Source: a virus
Strand: one strand, 5' to 3'
Virus genome (UHGV): UHGV-0219032
DNA: 64,000 nt
Position numbers and translations under genes: made by a program. The notes below the pieces were generated by a model. It saw nothing but the letters and a program-made list of their open reading frames with translations, searched no databases and was not told where the DNA came from. Below are positions 45,852-56,755 of the stretch, one piece after another (positions within the stretch are counted from its first letter, which is position 1; each line of letters begins with the position of its first letter).

Positions 45852-46562
45852 ATGGATTTAGAATTAGAAAATTTAACAGTTAAAGAATTAAAAGAATTAG
45901 CAGATAATAAAAATATACCATATGAAAATAATATAAAAAAAGATGATTTAATTTTATTATTACAAAATTCCGAACCACAAAAAACTTATTCTTTAAATGA
46001 TGTTATTGCTGAAATTAAAGAAAATGAAGAAATAATCAAATCAAAAAAATATAGAAATGATGAAATTGTAAAAAATAATAAATATTTAGATTCAAGAATT
46101 ATGGAAGTTAAAACATTAACTGATATAACACCTGAAGATAAAAAATCAAGAATAGAACATTTTAATAAAATTAAAGATGAAAACTCAAGACAATTTAATG
46201 AAAATACTAAATTAATATCTGAATTAGAATTAAAGTTAGTAGATTTAAATGCTACAAAAATGGATTTAGGTGAAAGTTCTATTAAGGAACTTAAAAAAGA
46301 ATATAATAAAATCCAAAAAGAAATTTCTTTATATCCAGAAACTATGGCAAAAGAAGTTGCTAGAATGTCTAATGAGTATTCTGAAAAAGTAAATCATGGT
46401 AGAGAATTAGAAAATAAAATTATGGAATTATGTAATTTATTTGCTATTCCATATACTAAAGATATTGTAGCTCAAGGAAAATTAACTATTTCAGAGAAAA
46501 CTCAATTAGTAAATAGACTAAAGGATTTATCAAAAATAAATGCTCGTTTAGCATCTAGGTAG
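45852..46562 (+). CDS. hypothetical coiled-coil protein
   Basis: ORF, heptad-rich. Confidence 0.3.
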   Translation: MDLELENLTVKELKELADNKNIPYENNIKKDDLILLLQNSEPQKTYSLNDVIAEIKENEEIIKSKKYRNDEIVKNNKYLDSRIMEVKTLTDITPEDKKSRIEHFNKIKDENSRQFNENTKLISELELKLVDLNATKMDLGESSIKELKKEYNKIQKEISLYPETMAKEVARMSNEYSEKVNHGRELENKIMELCNLFAIPYTKDIVAQGKLTISEKTQLVNRLKDLSKINARLASR

Positions 46563-46570
46563 GTGATTAT

Positions 46571-46816
46571 ATGTCTGATATAATTAACACTAAAAGACCC
46601 ATAGAGGAAATTATAGAGGATATTAAAAAAATAAAATCAGAAATGGCAAATACCAATTCTTCAGAAAAAATTGATGATATGGCTATTACATATAGAAGTA
46701 TTGATGAACTAAAAGATATACTTATCATATTGGAAAATGAACTAAAAGATGCTCAAGGTCAAGATACTCAAAAATGGGTCTCTGGAGTTAGAAGAGGTTT
46801 TGGTACATGGAGGTAA
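46571..46816 (+). CDS. hypothetical protein
   Basis: ORF. Confidence 0.3.
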   Translation: MSDIINTKRPIEEIIEDIKKIKSEMANTNSSEKIDDMAITYRSIDELKDILIILENELKDAQGQDTQKWVSGVRRGFGTWR

Positions 46817-47244
46817 ATGTAGTTCAAAAAGATGATAGAAGAAAAATTGATAAAATTTTAGTCAACTTTGAAGATTGTAATTTTGAAGATTATATTGGTT
46901 TAATATCATCTATTAATCCTGTTGAAACACAAAGAGGTATATATAATGAATATGGAACAGCAAATGCTCCAGCTAGACCTTTTATAGAACCAACTTATTT
47001 AAAAAATGAAAAATATTTGATTCAACAAGTTCTTAAAAATTTAAAAAAATTTGAATCTCCAAAAGTATTTATTTCAAAATTAAGTGGTGAAATGGTAGAG
47101 AAAATTAGACATAAAATAGATATTATGAAATATCCAAAATTGGCACCATCTACTGTGGCAAGAAAAGGTCATGATAAACTTTTAAAAGATACATATGAAA
47201 TGTATAATGCAATTAAAACAGTTAGGAGGGTTATTACAAAATGA
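46807..47244 (+). CDS. hypothetical head-tail joining protein
   Basis: Position; overlapping start/stop with neighbours. Confidence 0.3.
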   Translation: MEVNVVQKDDRRKIDKILVNFEDCNFEDYIGLISSINPVETQRGIYNEYGTANAPARPFIEPTYLKNEKYLIQQVLKNLKKFESPKVFISKLSGEMVEKIRHKIDIMKYPKLAPSTVARKGHDKLLKDTYEMYNAIKTVRRVITK

Positions 47245-47609
47245 AATTTAATATAAAAATGATACAATTAGTAAAAGATAACTCTCAACCATTTAGTGTT
47301 ACTAGAAAACAAAATGGAAGTATTAATGAAGATGGAAGCTATGATGGAGGACAAGAAATTACTTTTTTAAGTAATTTTATGGTAACAACAGCAAAAAAAG
47401 AAGATGTAAATTTATTAAATATTGGTAATACAAGTTATCAATTAGTAAAAATTAGACAAATGAAAGATGATACAAATTTAATAAAAGAAAATGATGAATT
47501 TGTATTTAATGGATTTAATTTTAAAGTAATTAAACCTAAATTATATATGGAACATTTTTCTGATTTTTATACATGGTTTGCATTGACAGAGGTTGATGCA
47601 AATGATTGA
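47241..47609 (+). CDS. hypothetical head-tail joining protein
   Basis: Position; translational coupling (ATGA overlap). Confidence 0.3.
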   Translation: MKFNIKMIQLVKDNSQPFSVTRKQNGSINEDGSYDGGQEITFLSNFMVTTAKKEDVNLLNIGNTSYQLVKIRQMKDDTNLIKENDEFVFNGFNFKVIKPKLYMEHFSDFYTWFALTEVDAND

Positions 47610-48171
47610 TAATAGAAAGTTAACTGGAGATATAATTCAAGAAGTTAGAGATTTAATCAAACAAGATATTCAAATTATTAATGGTATAGATTTAAAAAAA
47701 ATTCCAGAAAAAACATTAAGTTTTCCAAGAATGATTGTAGATTTGATAGATTATAATGATTCTGAATATGATTATGTAAATAAACATAATAAATATAATC
47801 CGGAAACTGATAAAATAGAAATGGAAATAGAAAAAATACCAAAAGTAACATATAGATTTAGGATTTATAATAATTCTAAAAATAATATTGATATATGGAA
47901 TATAATTGCTGATATACATAGATATTATAGTAATCCATATCAAAAAAAATTAAATGGAAATATACAAATTATTTCAACGGATATGATAAAAGATGTATCA
48001 TCTGGGGTAGATTATGATTATGTTTTAGGTTATCAATTTACAATGGATTTTATAATGAGTGAGAAATTTATTATGAGTCATGATTATGCTACATCATTAA
48101 ATGTAAAATTAAATATAAATTATGAAAATAAACAAATTGATTCAGTTGAATTACAAATTGATAAAAAATAG
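47593..48171 (+). CDS. hypothetical tail completion protein
   Basis: Position. Confidence 0.3.
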   Translation: MMQMIDNRKLTGDIIQEVRDLIKQDIQIINGIDLKKIPEKTLSFPRMIVDLIDYNDSEYDYVNKHNKYNPETDKIEMEIEKIPKVTYRFRIYNNSKNNIDIWNIIADIHRYYSNPYQKKLNGNIQIISTDMIKDVSSGVDYDYVLGYQFTMDFIMSEKFIMSHDYATSLNVKLNINYENKQIDSVELQIDKK

Positions 48172-48180
48172 GAGGAATGT

Positions 48181-49179
48181 ATGGCAAGTATCATAACTAT
48201 TAATTTTGAAGATAGAACAAAACCTCTTTCAGAGGTTGGTTTAAATAAGATATGCCTATTTACAGATTCAGTAGATATTGATTATAAAGAAGGAAATGAA
48301 ATAACAGCATTTTCAGAATTAAGTTCTGGAATGGAAGGTTATAAGGCTCTTGAATTAATATTTGCTCAAAACAAACAAGATGTTGCTGTATTTGGAGTAT
48401 CTGAAGTAACTCATTTAACTGTTAAAGATGAGTTGGATAAAATTGCTGATAAAGATTTCTTCTTTATAGTAACAAATATTAAAGATAATGATTCTTTAAA
48501 AGCTATTGGAGAATGGGCATCAGCTCATGATAAAATTGCAGTTTTAACACCAGATGTTGCTAAATCAGCGCAAGAAATGAAAACTTTAGCTGAAGGTTTA
48601 AATTCATCTAATGTTGCAATATATGCTCATGCTGGAAATCCAGCTGGTTCTGGAATGGTATATTTAAACTGTGGAATAGCTGGGTTAATGTCTCCAAAAG
48701 AAGCTGGTAGTGCAACATGGGCATTAAAATCACCAAATTTAATACCAAATATATTTTTCCCACTAGCTGATGAAAATACATTAATCAAGGCAAATGTTAA
48801 TGTATGGGCTAATGAATTAGGTAGAGGTGTTACTAAAGGTGGAAAAACAACTGATGGTTCTTATGTAGATATTACTCAAGGAAAATATTGGTTAAAAAAT
48901 AAATTAACATCAGCCTTAGCTTTATTATTAATGAATAGAGACAAATTACCATTTACATCAGAAGGTAAAACATTAATAACTGGAGCAATAGAAGAAGTTA
49001 TTACAGCTGGAGATAGACAAGGTATTATAGTCAGAGATGAAACTACAATTTATGTTCCAGAGCCATTAGAATTATTAACAAATGATAGAGCTAGTAGAAT
49101 CTGGAATGGAATCGAAATAGAAACTAGAGTTATGGGTGCTGTTGAATCTATTTCATGTAAATTCATATTAAATGTTTAA
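48181..49179 (+). CDS. putative tail sheath protein (short DUF3383-like type)
   Basis: 332 aa immediately upstream of a ~136-aa tube-like gene and chaperone/TMP genes; PBSX-like order. Confidence 0.4.
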   Translation: MASIITINFEDRTKPLSEVGLNKICLFTDSVDIDYKEGNEITAFSELSSGMEGYKALELIFAQNKQDVAVFGVSEVTHLTVKDELDKIADKDFFFIVTNIKDNDSLKAIGEWASAHDKIAVLTPDVAKSAQEMKTLAEGLNSSNVAIYAHAGNPAGSGMVYLNCGIAGLMSPKEAGSATWALKSPNLIPNIFFPLADENTLIKANVNVWANELGRGVTKGGKTTDGSYVDITQGKYWLKNKLTSALALLLMNRDKLPFTSEGKTLITGAIEEVITAGDRQGIIVRDETTIYVPEPLELLTNDRASRIWNGIEIETRVMGAVESISCKFILNV

Positions 49180-49198
49180 GATTAAGGAGGTTTAGTTC

Positions 49199-49609
49199 AT
49201 GGCTAGAATTTACAACCCAAAAGAAGTAATATGTTCAGTTGCTGGGGTAATAGTTGAAGGGTTTGCAGAGGGAACATTTTTAGAGGTAACTACAACAGAG
49301 GATATGCACACTTACTCTGGTGGTTCTGATGGAAATGGAACTTTTAATAGAAACCCAAATCAATCTGGAACTATAAAGTTTACTCTACAACATAATGCAA
49401 AATCTGTAAATATACTTTCTTTATTAGGAGGTTTAAACAGTATGCCAATACCTATTATTATTCTTGATAATAATGAGGGTGGACAAAAAGTTTTAGGAAT
49501 TGACTGTTTACTTCAAAAACAAATAGATGTTGCTAGAGCCAAAGAAATTGGTAGTGTTGATATAACATTTATTGGTGAGAAAGTTTTAGTAGTACCTATT
49601 GGTGGATAA
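49199..49609 (+). CDS. putative tail tube protein
   Basis: 136 aa following sheath candidate, strong RBS aaggagg. Confidence 0.4.
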   Translation: MARIYNPKEVICSVAGVIVEGFAEGTFLEVTTTEDMHTYSGGSDGNGTFNRNPNQSGTIKFTLQHNAKSVNILSLLGGLNSMPIPIIILDNNEGGQKVLGIDCLLQKQIDVARAKEIGSVDITFIGEKVLVVPIGG

Positions 49610-49638
49610 AATTATAAGAGAGTTTAAGGAGGAAAAGA

Positions 49639-50175
49639 ATGGCTAATAATATAGATATAGCAAAGGAATTAGGATTAAATAAAGATTATACAAGTTTTAA
49701 ATTAGGTGATAAAAATTATATTATGAGAAAACCTACCGCTATGGAAGCAATAGAATTAGAGGATAGAAATGCTGAATTAGATGGTAAAGTTGATATATAT
49801 GGTTATATATCTGATATATTAAAATTTGTATCTCCACAAATATCAATTAATGATGTGATTAAACAAAAAGATAGTGTAATAGTAGTTGGAGAACATACTT
49901 TACACTTTAATAAAGTAACAATAGAACAAGGATTTAAAACAATTCTTTCTACATCAAAAATTGGTACAAATTCTGATGGAGAAAAAGTTATGAAACTTAA
50001 TAGACATGAAACTATTAAGAAAATTATAGAATTAGCTCATAAAGAAGATGAAAGTATAACACTTGATTGCTTTAAAACAAAAGATGAGTTAAATGAAATA
50101 TTAGAAAAATTCCAAGCATTATTTGATATAGAACAGGCTATGGAAGTGTATAATACCTTTCAAAGCATTGAATAA
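49639..50175 (+). CDS. tail assembly chaperone (G-like)
   Basis: Position directly before TMP; overlapping second ORF in +1 frame. Confidence 0.45.
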   Translation: MANNIDIAKELGLNKDYTSFKLGDKNYIMRKPTAMEAIELEDRNAELDGKVDIYGYISDILKFVSPQISINDVIKQKDSVIVVGEHTLHFNKVTIEQGFKTILSTSKIGTNSDGEKVMKLNRHETIKKIIELAHKEDESITLDCFKTKDELNEILEKFQALFDIEQAMEVYNTFQSIE

Positions 50176-50389
50176 ACTTAAATATACATTTATAGATACA
50201 GAAACAAAAGAAATTAAAATTGCCTATGATATGTATAAAAATGAGGTAAAAAATAATTTCTATAAATATATTTTATATTCAGTTGGAAAGGGATATGGAG
50301 ACTTAAAAATGGCTAAAGAATTATCTTTAGATGATTTAATAGAGGCATTTCAAGCCCTAGTATTATTCAATGAACAATCTAAGGGATAA
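50168..50389 (+). CDS. tail assembly chaperone extension (T-like), probably expressed by frameshift from 49639-50175
   Basis: No RBS, TTG start in track. +1 frame open from 50132 and overlapping upstream ORF end. Confidence 0.35.
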   Translation: MNKLKYTFIDTETKEIKIAYDMYKNEVKNNFYKYILYSVGKGYGDLKMAKELSLDDLIEAFQALVLFNEQSKG

Positions 50390-50439
50390 GATATGGGGAT
50401 AATAGAAATATTATCCCTTTTTTAAATAGGAGGTGTATA

Positions 50440-52584
50440 ATGGCAATAGAAACAATTAGAGACCTTGCTTTTAAAATATCTATGAGTGTAGAATTATCTA
50501 AGCTAAAAGAAGCAGATAAGGCTGTTGATGCTTTTAAAAGTAAAGTTATTGGATTACAAAAAGATGTTTCTCAACAAATGAGTATTATTAATAAAAAATT
50601 TAATAATTTTAGCACTCAAAAAGCTATCCAAAAAATTAATGATATGACAAAAGCAACAGATAAGCTTAGAGAAACTATGGGTGGGGTAGTTGGAACTCCA
50701 TTGGAACAAACTAAACAAACAAGAACAACTAGACAAAGTAGAAAAAGAAAACCAGAGCCACAATTTACATTACCACATTTAGGTAGATTAGCTAGTTGGA
50801 GTAAAAAAACTACACTTGTAAGTAGTTTAGCTATGGCTGGGTATTACTCTATGTTACTTAAAGTTAGAAATGTTGGATTACAAATTAATACTAATAGTGA
50901 AAAAAATGAAAAATTAATTCAAAAACAAAGAGAAGCAACAAAAGGTTTAGTTAGTTCATTAAAAAATGTTAGAGATTTTGTAGGAAAAACTAATTTTGAT
51001 ATTATTGGTGGAGTAAAAGGTTTAAGTAAAATGGTAAGCTTATCATTAATTATGGCTGGTATTATGAAAGGTATTTCATGGGGTCAACAAGCTTATAATA
51101 AATCTTTACAAGTATATGCTGATATGACAGATGGTTTAGTAAGACAAGAAGCCTTTTATGCCAATGCTTTAAAATATAGAGAAAAAATTATGGGTGAAGC
51201 ACTTAATACTGGTGCTAATTCTTATGAGGAATATAGACAAGTTGCACAAAAATCACTAGCTGAAACTAGAAAAAATATAGCTTTAGTTGCAAAAGAAGGT
51301 GTAGTTGGTGCTAAATCTTTAACTATTATGACGGGTCAATTAGCTTCTTTCCAAATAGATACTGATGCTTGGTTTGCTGGAGAACAAGGAGCTAGACACA
51401 TTAATGCTTTAGCTGACTTAATGTCATCTATTCAATCAAAAACTGGAAGTAGAGATGAAGCTTTAAGAACAGCCAATATGATAGGTAAAGCTGTAACAAT
51501 GGGTCATTTTGGACAATTACAAAGATGGGGTATTGTTCTTAGTGATGAACAAAAAGAATTAATTAAAACTGGTACAACAGCAGAAAGATTAAGTGCTATT
51601 ATGCAAGGTTTAGAACAAAACGTTGGTAACTTTAACAAAGAGATGTCAAAAACACCTCAAGGTAAATTAATGCAAGTACAAAATAAAATAGGTACTCAAT
51701 ACTACAAACTAGGTAAATATATGATTTTTTTAAGAATACAAATGTTAAAATTGTATAATGCTTGGTTACCTACAATATCTATTAGTGTTAGAATGGTTGG
51801 TTCTATAATTGGTGTTGTAGCAAAATTATTAGAAAAAATAGGTGATTTATTTTCATTTGTTTTAGCTCCAACTGAAGAATTAACAGCTGGTATGAAATTA
51901 TTAAGACATGCAATTTTAGGTGTTGGTGGTGCATTATTGATAGCATTTGCTCCATTTTGGGCTATTGTTGGTGGAATACTATTATTGATAGAAGATTTTT
52001 GGACATACTTAAATGGTGGGGAAAGTGTTATAGGTGATGTTATAGAATGGTTTGGAGATTTATGGGAAAAAATTGTTAATGTATTTGAATCAATAAAAGA
52101 AAAAGTAATTTCTGTATGGGATATTATTAAAAGTAAATTCTGGGAATTTATTGATTGGGTGAAAAAATGGTATAAAATAATCAAAGAGAGATTCTTTGAG
52201 TTTATTATAGATGTTCAAAGTAAAATATTAAGTATTTTCTTGGATATTGGAAATAAAATTAAAGAATTTTTTAATGATAAATTTCAATGGATTACATCAA
52301 AGATTGATTGGATAAAAGAACAATTCAAGAAAATTCAAAAATTAAATCCATTTGCAGATGATGACCCAAGTTTACCACAAGCAACTCCAAATGATATTAC
52401 TAATAATAATCCTAATGCACTAACACAACAATTAGCAAATATATTGATTCAAAATGGTGCTATTCAGATAGATATGAGCAATTCAAATACAGATTTAACA
52501 GAGGAACAAATTTCTAAAGCTGTTGAAGATGGATTTAATAAAGCTCTAATTAAAGCATCTATACAAGAAGGAGTTGTTTTCTAA
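50440..52584 (+). CDS. tail tape measure protein
   Basis: 714 aa, coiled-coil N-half, hydrophobic segment (LLIAFAPFWAIVGGILLLI), W-rich C-terminal repeats; position. Confidence 0.6.
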   Translation: MAIETIRDLAFKISMSVELSKLKEADKAVDAFKSKVIGLQKDVSQQMSIINKKFNNFSTQKAIQKINDMTKATDKLRETMGGVVGTPLEQTKQTRTTRQSRKRKPEPQFTLPHLGRLASWSKKTTLVSSLAMAGYYSMLLKVRNVGLQINTNSEKNEKLIQKQREATKGLVSSLKNVRDFVGKTNFDIIGGVKGLSKMVSLSLIMAGIMKGISWGQQAYNKSLQVYADMTDGLVRQEAFYANALKYREKIMGEALNTGANSYEEYRQVAQKSLAETRKNIALVAKEGVVGAKSLTIMTGQLASFQIDTDAWFAGEQGARHINALADLMSSIQSKTGSRDEALRTANMIGKAVTMGHFGQLQRWGIVLSDEQKELIKTGTTAERLSAIMQGLEQNVGNFNKEMSKTPQGKLMQVQNKIGTQYYKLGKYMIFLRIQMLKLYNAWLPTISISVRMVGSIIGVVAKLLEKIGDLFSFVLAPTEELTAGMKLLRHAILGVGGALLIAFAPFWAIVGGILLLIEDFWTYLNGGESVIGDVIEWFGDLWEKIVNVFESIKEKVISVWDIIKSKFWEFIDWVKKWYKIIKERFFEFIIDVQSKILSIFLDIGNKIKEFFNDKFQWITSKIDWIKEQFKKIQKLNPFADDDPSLPQATPNDITNNNPNALTQQLANILIQNGAIQIDMSNSNTDLTEEQISKAVEDGFNKALIKASIQEGVVF

Positions 52585-53201
52585 TGATAAAAATACTATG
52601 TTTTAATAAGGAATATATTACTGGAGATTTACCAGATATTGAATTATTACTCCAATCTGTTAAAAAATTTGATGTAAGTAGTGATAATGAGTTAAGTAAA
52701 AGAAGAATAGAAACAGGATTTGAGGTTACAGACCATTCATATATTAAACCAAAAAAAATATCTATGAGTGGTATTGTTGGAGATGTAAACAAAAGACCTA
52801 GTACATTAATTGGGTCTTTTGGAATACCAACAATAGGTTGGACTATTAGTAAAACTTATATTGAAGATTTAAAAAAGAATATGGAGAGAATTAGAAATGA
52901 TAAATTATTTGTAGTAATTTATAATACAAAAGATGGAAAATATTATGAAAATTATTTATTAGAAAAATTAAACATTTCTGATTCATATGTATCTAAACAT
53001 GGTTTTGAATACTCTATGACATTTCAAGAAGTTATGATTAGTCAAATAGGTGAAATTATTACATCAATAAGCTCAAATGCTCCAGCACAAAATGGTTCAA
53101 AAGGTCAAGGTGGTGCTAGTAATTCCAAAAATGGAAATGTTAGTTTACTAAAAAATGGAGTAAGATATTTAAAAGAAAAAATTAATTTTATTGGAGGGTA
53201 A
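52584..53201 (+). CDS. hypothetical tail protein (XkdP-position)
   Basis: Position after TMP. Confidence 0.3.
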   Translation: MIKILCFNKEYITGDLPDIELLLQSVKKFDVSSDNELSKRRIETGFEVTDHSYIKPKKISMSGIVGDVNKRPSTLIGSFGIPTIGWTISKTYIEDLKKNMERIRNDKLFVVIYNTKDGKYYENYLLEKLNISDSYVSKHGFEYSMTFQEVMISQIGEIITSISSNAPAQNGSKGQGGASNSKNGNVSLLKNGVRYLKEKINFIGG

Positions 53202-53204
53202 TTT

Positions 53205-53549
53205 ATGTTATTGGATTTAGATTTTGGGGATATTTCTAATATTAAAAGATTATCCCCATTAAAAGAATTTGATTTAAATGGATTAATAATATCAATTAGA
53301 TTATTTTATAATTTAGTTGATGATTGTTTATATATGAATATGTATGATTCAAGTGATAATGTAATTGCTAATGGTATTAAATTAGTTCCAAATGTTAATT
53401 TTATTGCAAAATTAAATTATAAATTTGATAGGAATTTTATGCTATTTATAGCAAGTACAAATGAAAAAAATAATTATAGTGATGTTACTGTTGATAATTT
53501 TGGAAAAGATATGGTGATGATGTATGCAGAAAATGTGGAATCAGATTAG
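53205..53549 (+). CDS. hypothetical tail protein
   Basis: Position. Confidence 0.3.
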   Translation: MLLDLDFGDISNIKRLSPLKEFDLNGLIISIRLFYNLVDDCLYMNMYDSSDNVIANGIKLVPNVNFIAKLNYKFDRNFMLFIASTNEKNNYSDVTVDNFGKDMVMMYAENVESD

Positions 53550-54396
53550 GGAAGTTGAAATATTATATGATGATAACAATGCTTATAAAATAACATATAA
53601 TGAAATTGATATAAATTTTAAAATAACTTTTACAAATGATAAAAACTCAAATGTTTGCGAGGTAAATTTATACAACCTATCAATGACTACTATTAATAAT
53701 ATAAAAAAAGGTGCATATATCAAAATAAAAGCTGGTTATGAGGATTTTAATGGTTATATTTTTACTGGTAAAATTGATGATGTATCTACTGAAGAAAATA
53801 AGGGAGATAGAATCACAACATTAAATTGCACTCCAGATGCTACATCATGGAATAATGAATTTGTTAATAAAAGTTGGTCTAGGGGAACAAAAGCCAAAGA
53901 TATAGTTGAACAAATTGTTCAAATGGTTGGTTGGAGTATTGGAATGTTGGAAATAAAAGATTTACAATATAATGGTGGAAAAGTATTTAGAAAATTAGCT
54001 AGAAGCTGTTTAGAGGAAATAGCAAAAGATACAAATAGTTTATTATATTTTAATAATGGTATTATATATATGTACCCAGCTAATAAAATTTTTAAGAAAA
54101 CTATTGTATTGAGTCCATTAAATGGTTTAATAGAAACACCAAAAAGAGAAGTTTCTCAAAAAAATAAATCAGAAAGCTATAAAATAAAAAGTGCTTTAAG
54201 ATATGATTTTCAAGAAGATGTTATAATAAGAATTGAAAATTCAAAATATATTGACCCAGTTGATTTAAAAATAATTAATGGTGTACATCATGCAACAGAT
54301 AATGATTTTTATACTGAATTAGAATGTAAAAAAGTTTCAGATATATCAAAAGATATGGAAGAAGATAGTGTAGTGGAAGAAACAGAAATAGTATAA
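53524..54396 (+). CDS. baseplate hub/late-control-D-like protein (XkdQ-position)
   Basis: Position and size (290 aa). Confidence 0.3.
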   Translation: MQKMWNQIREVEILYDDNNAYKITYNEIDINFKITFTNDKNSNVCEVNLYNLSMTTINNIKKGAYIKIKAGYEDFNGYIFTGKIDDVSTEENKGDRITTLNCTPDATSWNNEFVNKSWSRGTKAKDIVEQIVQMVGWSIGMLEIKDLQYNGGKVFRKLARSCLEEIAKDTNSLLYFNNGIIYMYPANKIFKKTIVLSPLNGLIETPKREVSQKNKSESYKIKSALRYDFQEDVIIRIENSKYIDPVDLKIINGVHHATDNDFYTELECKKVSDISKDMEEDSVVEETEIV

Positions 54397-54449
54397 ATTG
54401 ACATATGTTTTGTTACGTCAATATTAAGTAGGTAGGAGGTATTATTTTT

Positions 54450-55199
54450 ATGATTAATAAAATTATAAATCTTATTAATGGTATGATACAAAAAAGTAAA
54501 AATGAATTACATACTTTTGCACTTGGTAAAATAGAATCATTTGATACTGTTAATATGAGAGCTGAAGTTTATTTATTAGAAAATATAAGATATAAAAATA
54601 AATATTATCCTTCTAATACTATTGTTGATTGTTTGGTACAATTTCCAAAAACTGATTCTTTTTATATAAGATTTCCTTATAAAAAAGGTGATAAAGTCGC
54701 AGTAGCATTTTGTGAATCAAATATAGCCGAAATAATGCTTACAGGTGAAAGAACAAATCAAACATTAACTAGGAGACATGCCGAAGATGATTTAGTTATT
54801 ATTGGTGGTTGGATTTCTGAAAATAATGATATTAGGTGTACATCAGATAATACTAAGGATATAGTAATAGTAAACACAAAACATAATTCTATGATTACAT
54901 TTACTGAAGATAATAATATTAATATAACTAATATTAATAATATAAATGTTCAATGTGTTAATGCTAATGTAGATGCCAATACAACAACTATTACAAGTCC
55001 TACCACAACAATTAATGGAGAAACAACAATTAATGGCAATACAAGTATAAATGGAAGTTTAAATGTAAGCCAAAAAGTATCAACTCCTACTGTGAGTGCT
55101 GGTAATAGTTTAACAGTTGCCGGTAAGGAAATGAAAGGTCATACTCATAGTTATAAACCGGGAGAAGGAACACCTACACAAACAGGTCAACCAACATAG
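54450..55199 (+). CDS. baseplate central spike protein (gpV/gp5-like) with C-terminal beta-helix repeats and HxH apex
   Basis: Repetitive NINITNINNINVQCVNANVDANTTTITSPTTTINGETTINGNTSINGSLNV then GHTHSY. Confidence 0.4.
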   Translation: MINKIINLINGMIQKSKNELHTFALGKIESFDTVNMRAEVYLLENIRYKNKYYPSNTIVDCLVQFPKTDSFYIRFPYKKGDKVAVAFCESNIAEIMLTGERTNQTLTRRHAEDDLVIIGGWISENNDIRCTSDNTKDIVIVNTKHNSMITFTEDNNINITNINNINVQCVNANVDANTTTITSPTTTINGETTINGNTSINGSLNVSQKVSTPTVSAGNSLTVAGKEMKGHTHSYKPGEGTPTQTGQPT

Positions 55200-55207
55200 G
55201 AGGTATT

Positions 55208-55594
55208 ATGGCAACAGCAAAAATGATATTTAATGATGAAAATTCATCTTGTGATTTATATATAAATGGTGAAGGGAAAGTAGAAATTATTTCTGAAAAT
55301 AAAGAAATTGCTCAATCATTAAAAGATGAATTAGAATCAAATATGAAACAATGGTATTTGGGATATTATTGGGGATTAAAAATGCTACAAGATGATGGTA
55401 GTGGTATTTTTGATAGAAAAAATATAACAGATGATGAAATTCAACAAGAATTTCAGAGAGTTATATCTAAGAATAAAAATATTTATAATACAAATTTTAC
55501 AAAAATTGAAAGAAATGATAGAAATATGTATATAGAAATTGAAATACAAACAAAATATGGAACAGAACAATTATCTATATCTTTAATAAGTTAA
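55208..55594 (+). CDS. baseplate protein (XkdS/gp25-like position)
   Basis: 128 aa preceding baseplate J-like gene. Confidence 0.3.
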   Translation: MATAKMIFNDENSSCDLYINGEGKVEIISENKEIAQSLKDELESNMKQWYLGYYWGLKMLQDDGSGIFDRKNITDDEIQQEFQRVISKNKNIYNTNFTKIERNDRNMYIEIEIQTKYGTEQLSISLIS

Positions 55595-55603
55595 GGAGGT
55601 TGC

Positions 55604-56755
55604 ATGGAATTAGATAAAAATGGATATAGGGTTGCAACCTATGAGGAAATTTTAAATGAGATAAATAATGATATAAAATCTCAAATTCCAGAATTATCCT
55701 TAGATGATAGTAACCCTTTAATAAAAATTAATAAAAAAATGGCTGATTTATTTCATAGAATGAGTTTAGCTGGAGCAAGTACATATAAATCTTATTCAAT
55801 AGATGAAGCTAGTGGTAATGCTTTAGATGATAGAGTATTTTGGTTAGGATTAACTAGGTTAAAAGAAACAAAATCTTCTGGTATAGTTGAATTTACTGGC
55901 GAACCAAATACAATTATTCCATCAAACTTTAGAGTATCAACAACTACAAATAAAATTTATTATACTTTAAATAATGTTACCATAGGTAAAGATGGAAAAG
56001 GTACTTCAGCCGTAGAATCTTTATATGGTGGTAGTGAATATAATGTTGAAGCAAATACCATTACAAGAATAGTAAACCCATTAAATGGGGTAAAAAGTGT
56101 TATAAATAAAAAAAGTATTACTGGTGGAACGGATATTGAAAGTGATGCTAGATTAAGAACCAGATATTATAATACTTTATTGGGTCTAGGAAAATCAACT
56201 ATTGTATCAATAGAAAATACAATATTAGATAATACAACAGCTACAAAAGTTAATATTGTAGAAAATGATACAGATGAAGAGGATTTAGAAACAGGATTAC
56301 CACCACATAGTTTTGAATGTTTTGTTTTTGGTGGAGAAGATGAAAATATATTAAGACAAATATATGAAAGTAGACCTGTTGGTATAACTTGTGTAGGTGA
56401 TATTTCTCAACAATTTGATGGTTATAATTCAAAATTTAGTAGACCAGAAAATGTTGATATGAATTTTAAAGTAAAATTAATTTTATCACCGTCTAATACT
56501 ATTCCAAATGTTAAGGATATTGTAACAAACAATATTATAGAAGCAATTAATGCTATTGAAATTGGTGGAAAAATAGATTATACATTATTCATATCAGCTT
56601 TTTATAAAAATACTTATGACTCAATTAGAAGTTTTGAAAATTTTGAGTTTTATATTAACATAGGTGAGAAAAAAGGTTTAGGAGATTTTATTCAACTAGA
56701 AAATAATCAAATAGTTGGTATAACACCACAAAATATTAACATTGAGGTGGAATAA
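55604..56755 (+). CDS. baseplate J-like protein
   Basis: 383 aa, position between small baseplate protein and DUF2313-sized gene (PBSX XkdT-like). Confidence 0.4.
   Translation: MELDKNGYRVATYEEILNEINNDIKSQIPELSLDDSNPLIKINKKMADLFHRMSLAGASTYKSYSIDEASGNALDDRVFWLGLTRLKETKSSGIVEFTGEPNTIIPSNFRVSTTTNKIYYTLNNVTIGKDGKGTSAVESLYGGSEYNVEANTITRIVNPLNGVKSVINKKSITGGTDIESDARLRTRYYNTLLGLGKSTIVSIENTILDNTTATKVNIVENDTDEEDLETGLPPHSFECFVFGGEDENILRQIYESRPVGITCVGDISQQFDGYNSKFSRPENVDMNFKVKLILSPSNTIPNVKDIVTNNIIEAINAIEIGGKIDYTLFISAFYKNTYDSIRSFENFEFYINIGEKKGLGDFIQLENNQIVGITPQNINIEVE

Noticed and set aside
51702-52184. 160-aa minus-strand ORF inside the tape-measure gene
   Set aside because: Antisense to a structural gene; no RBS; low-complexity translation.
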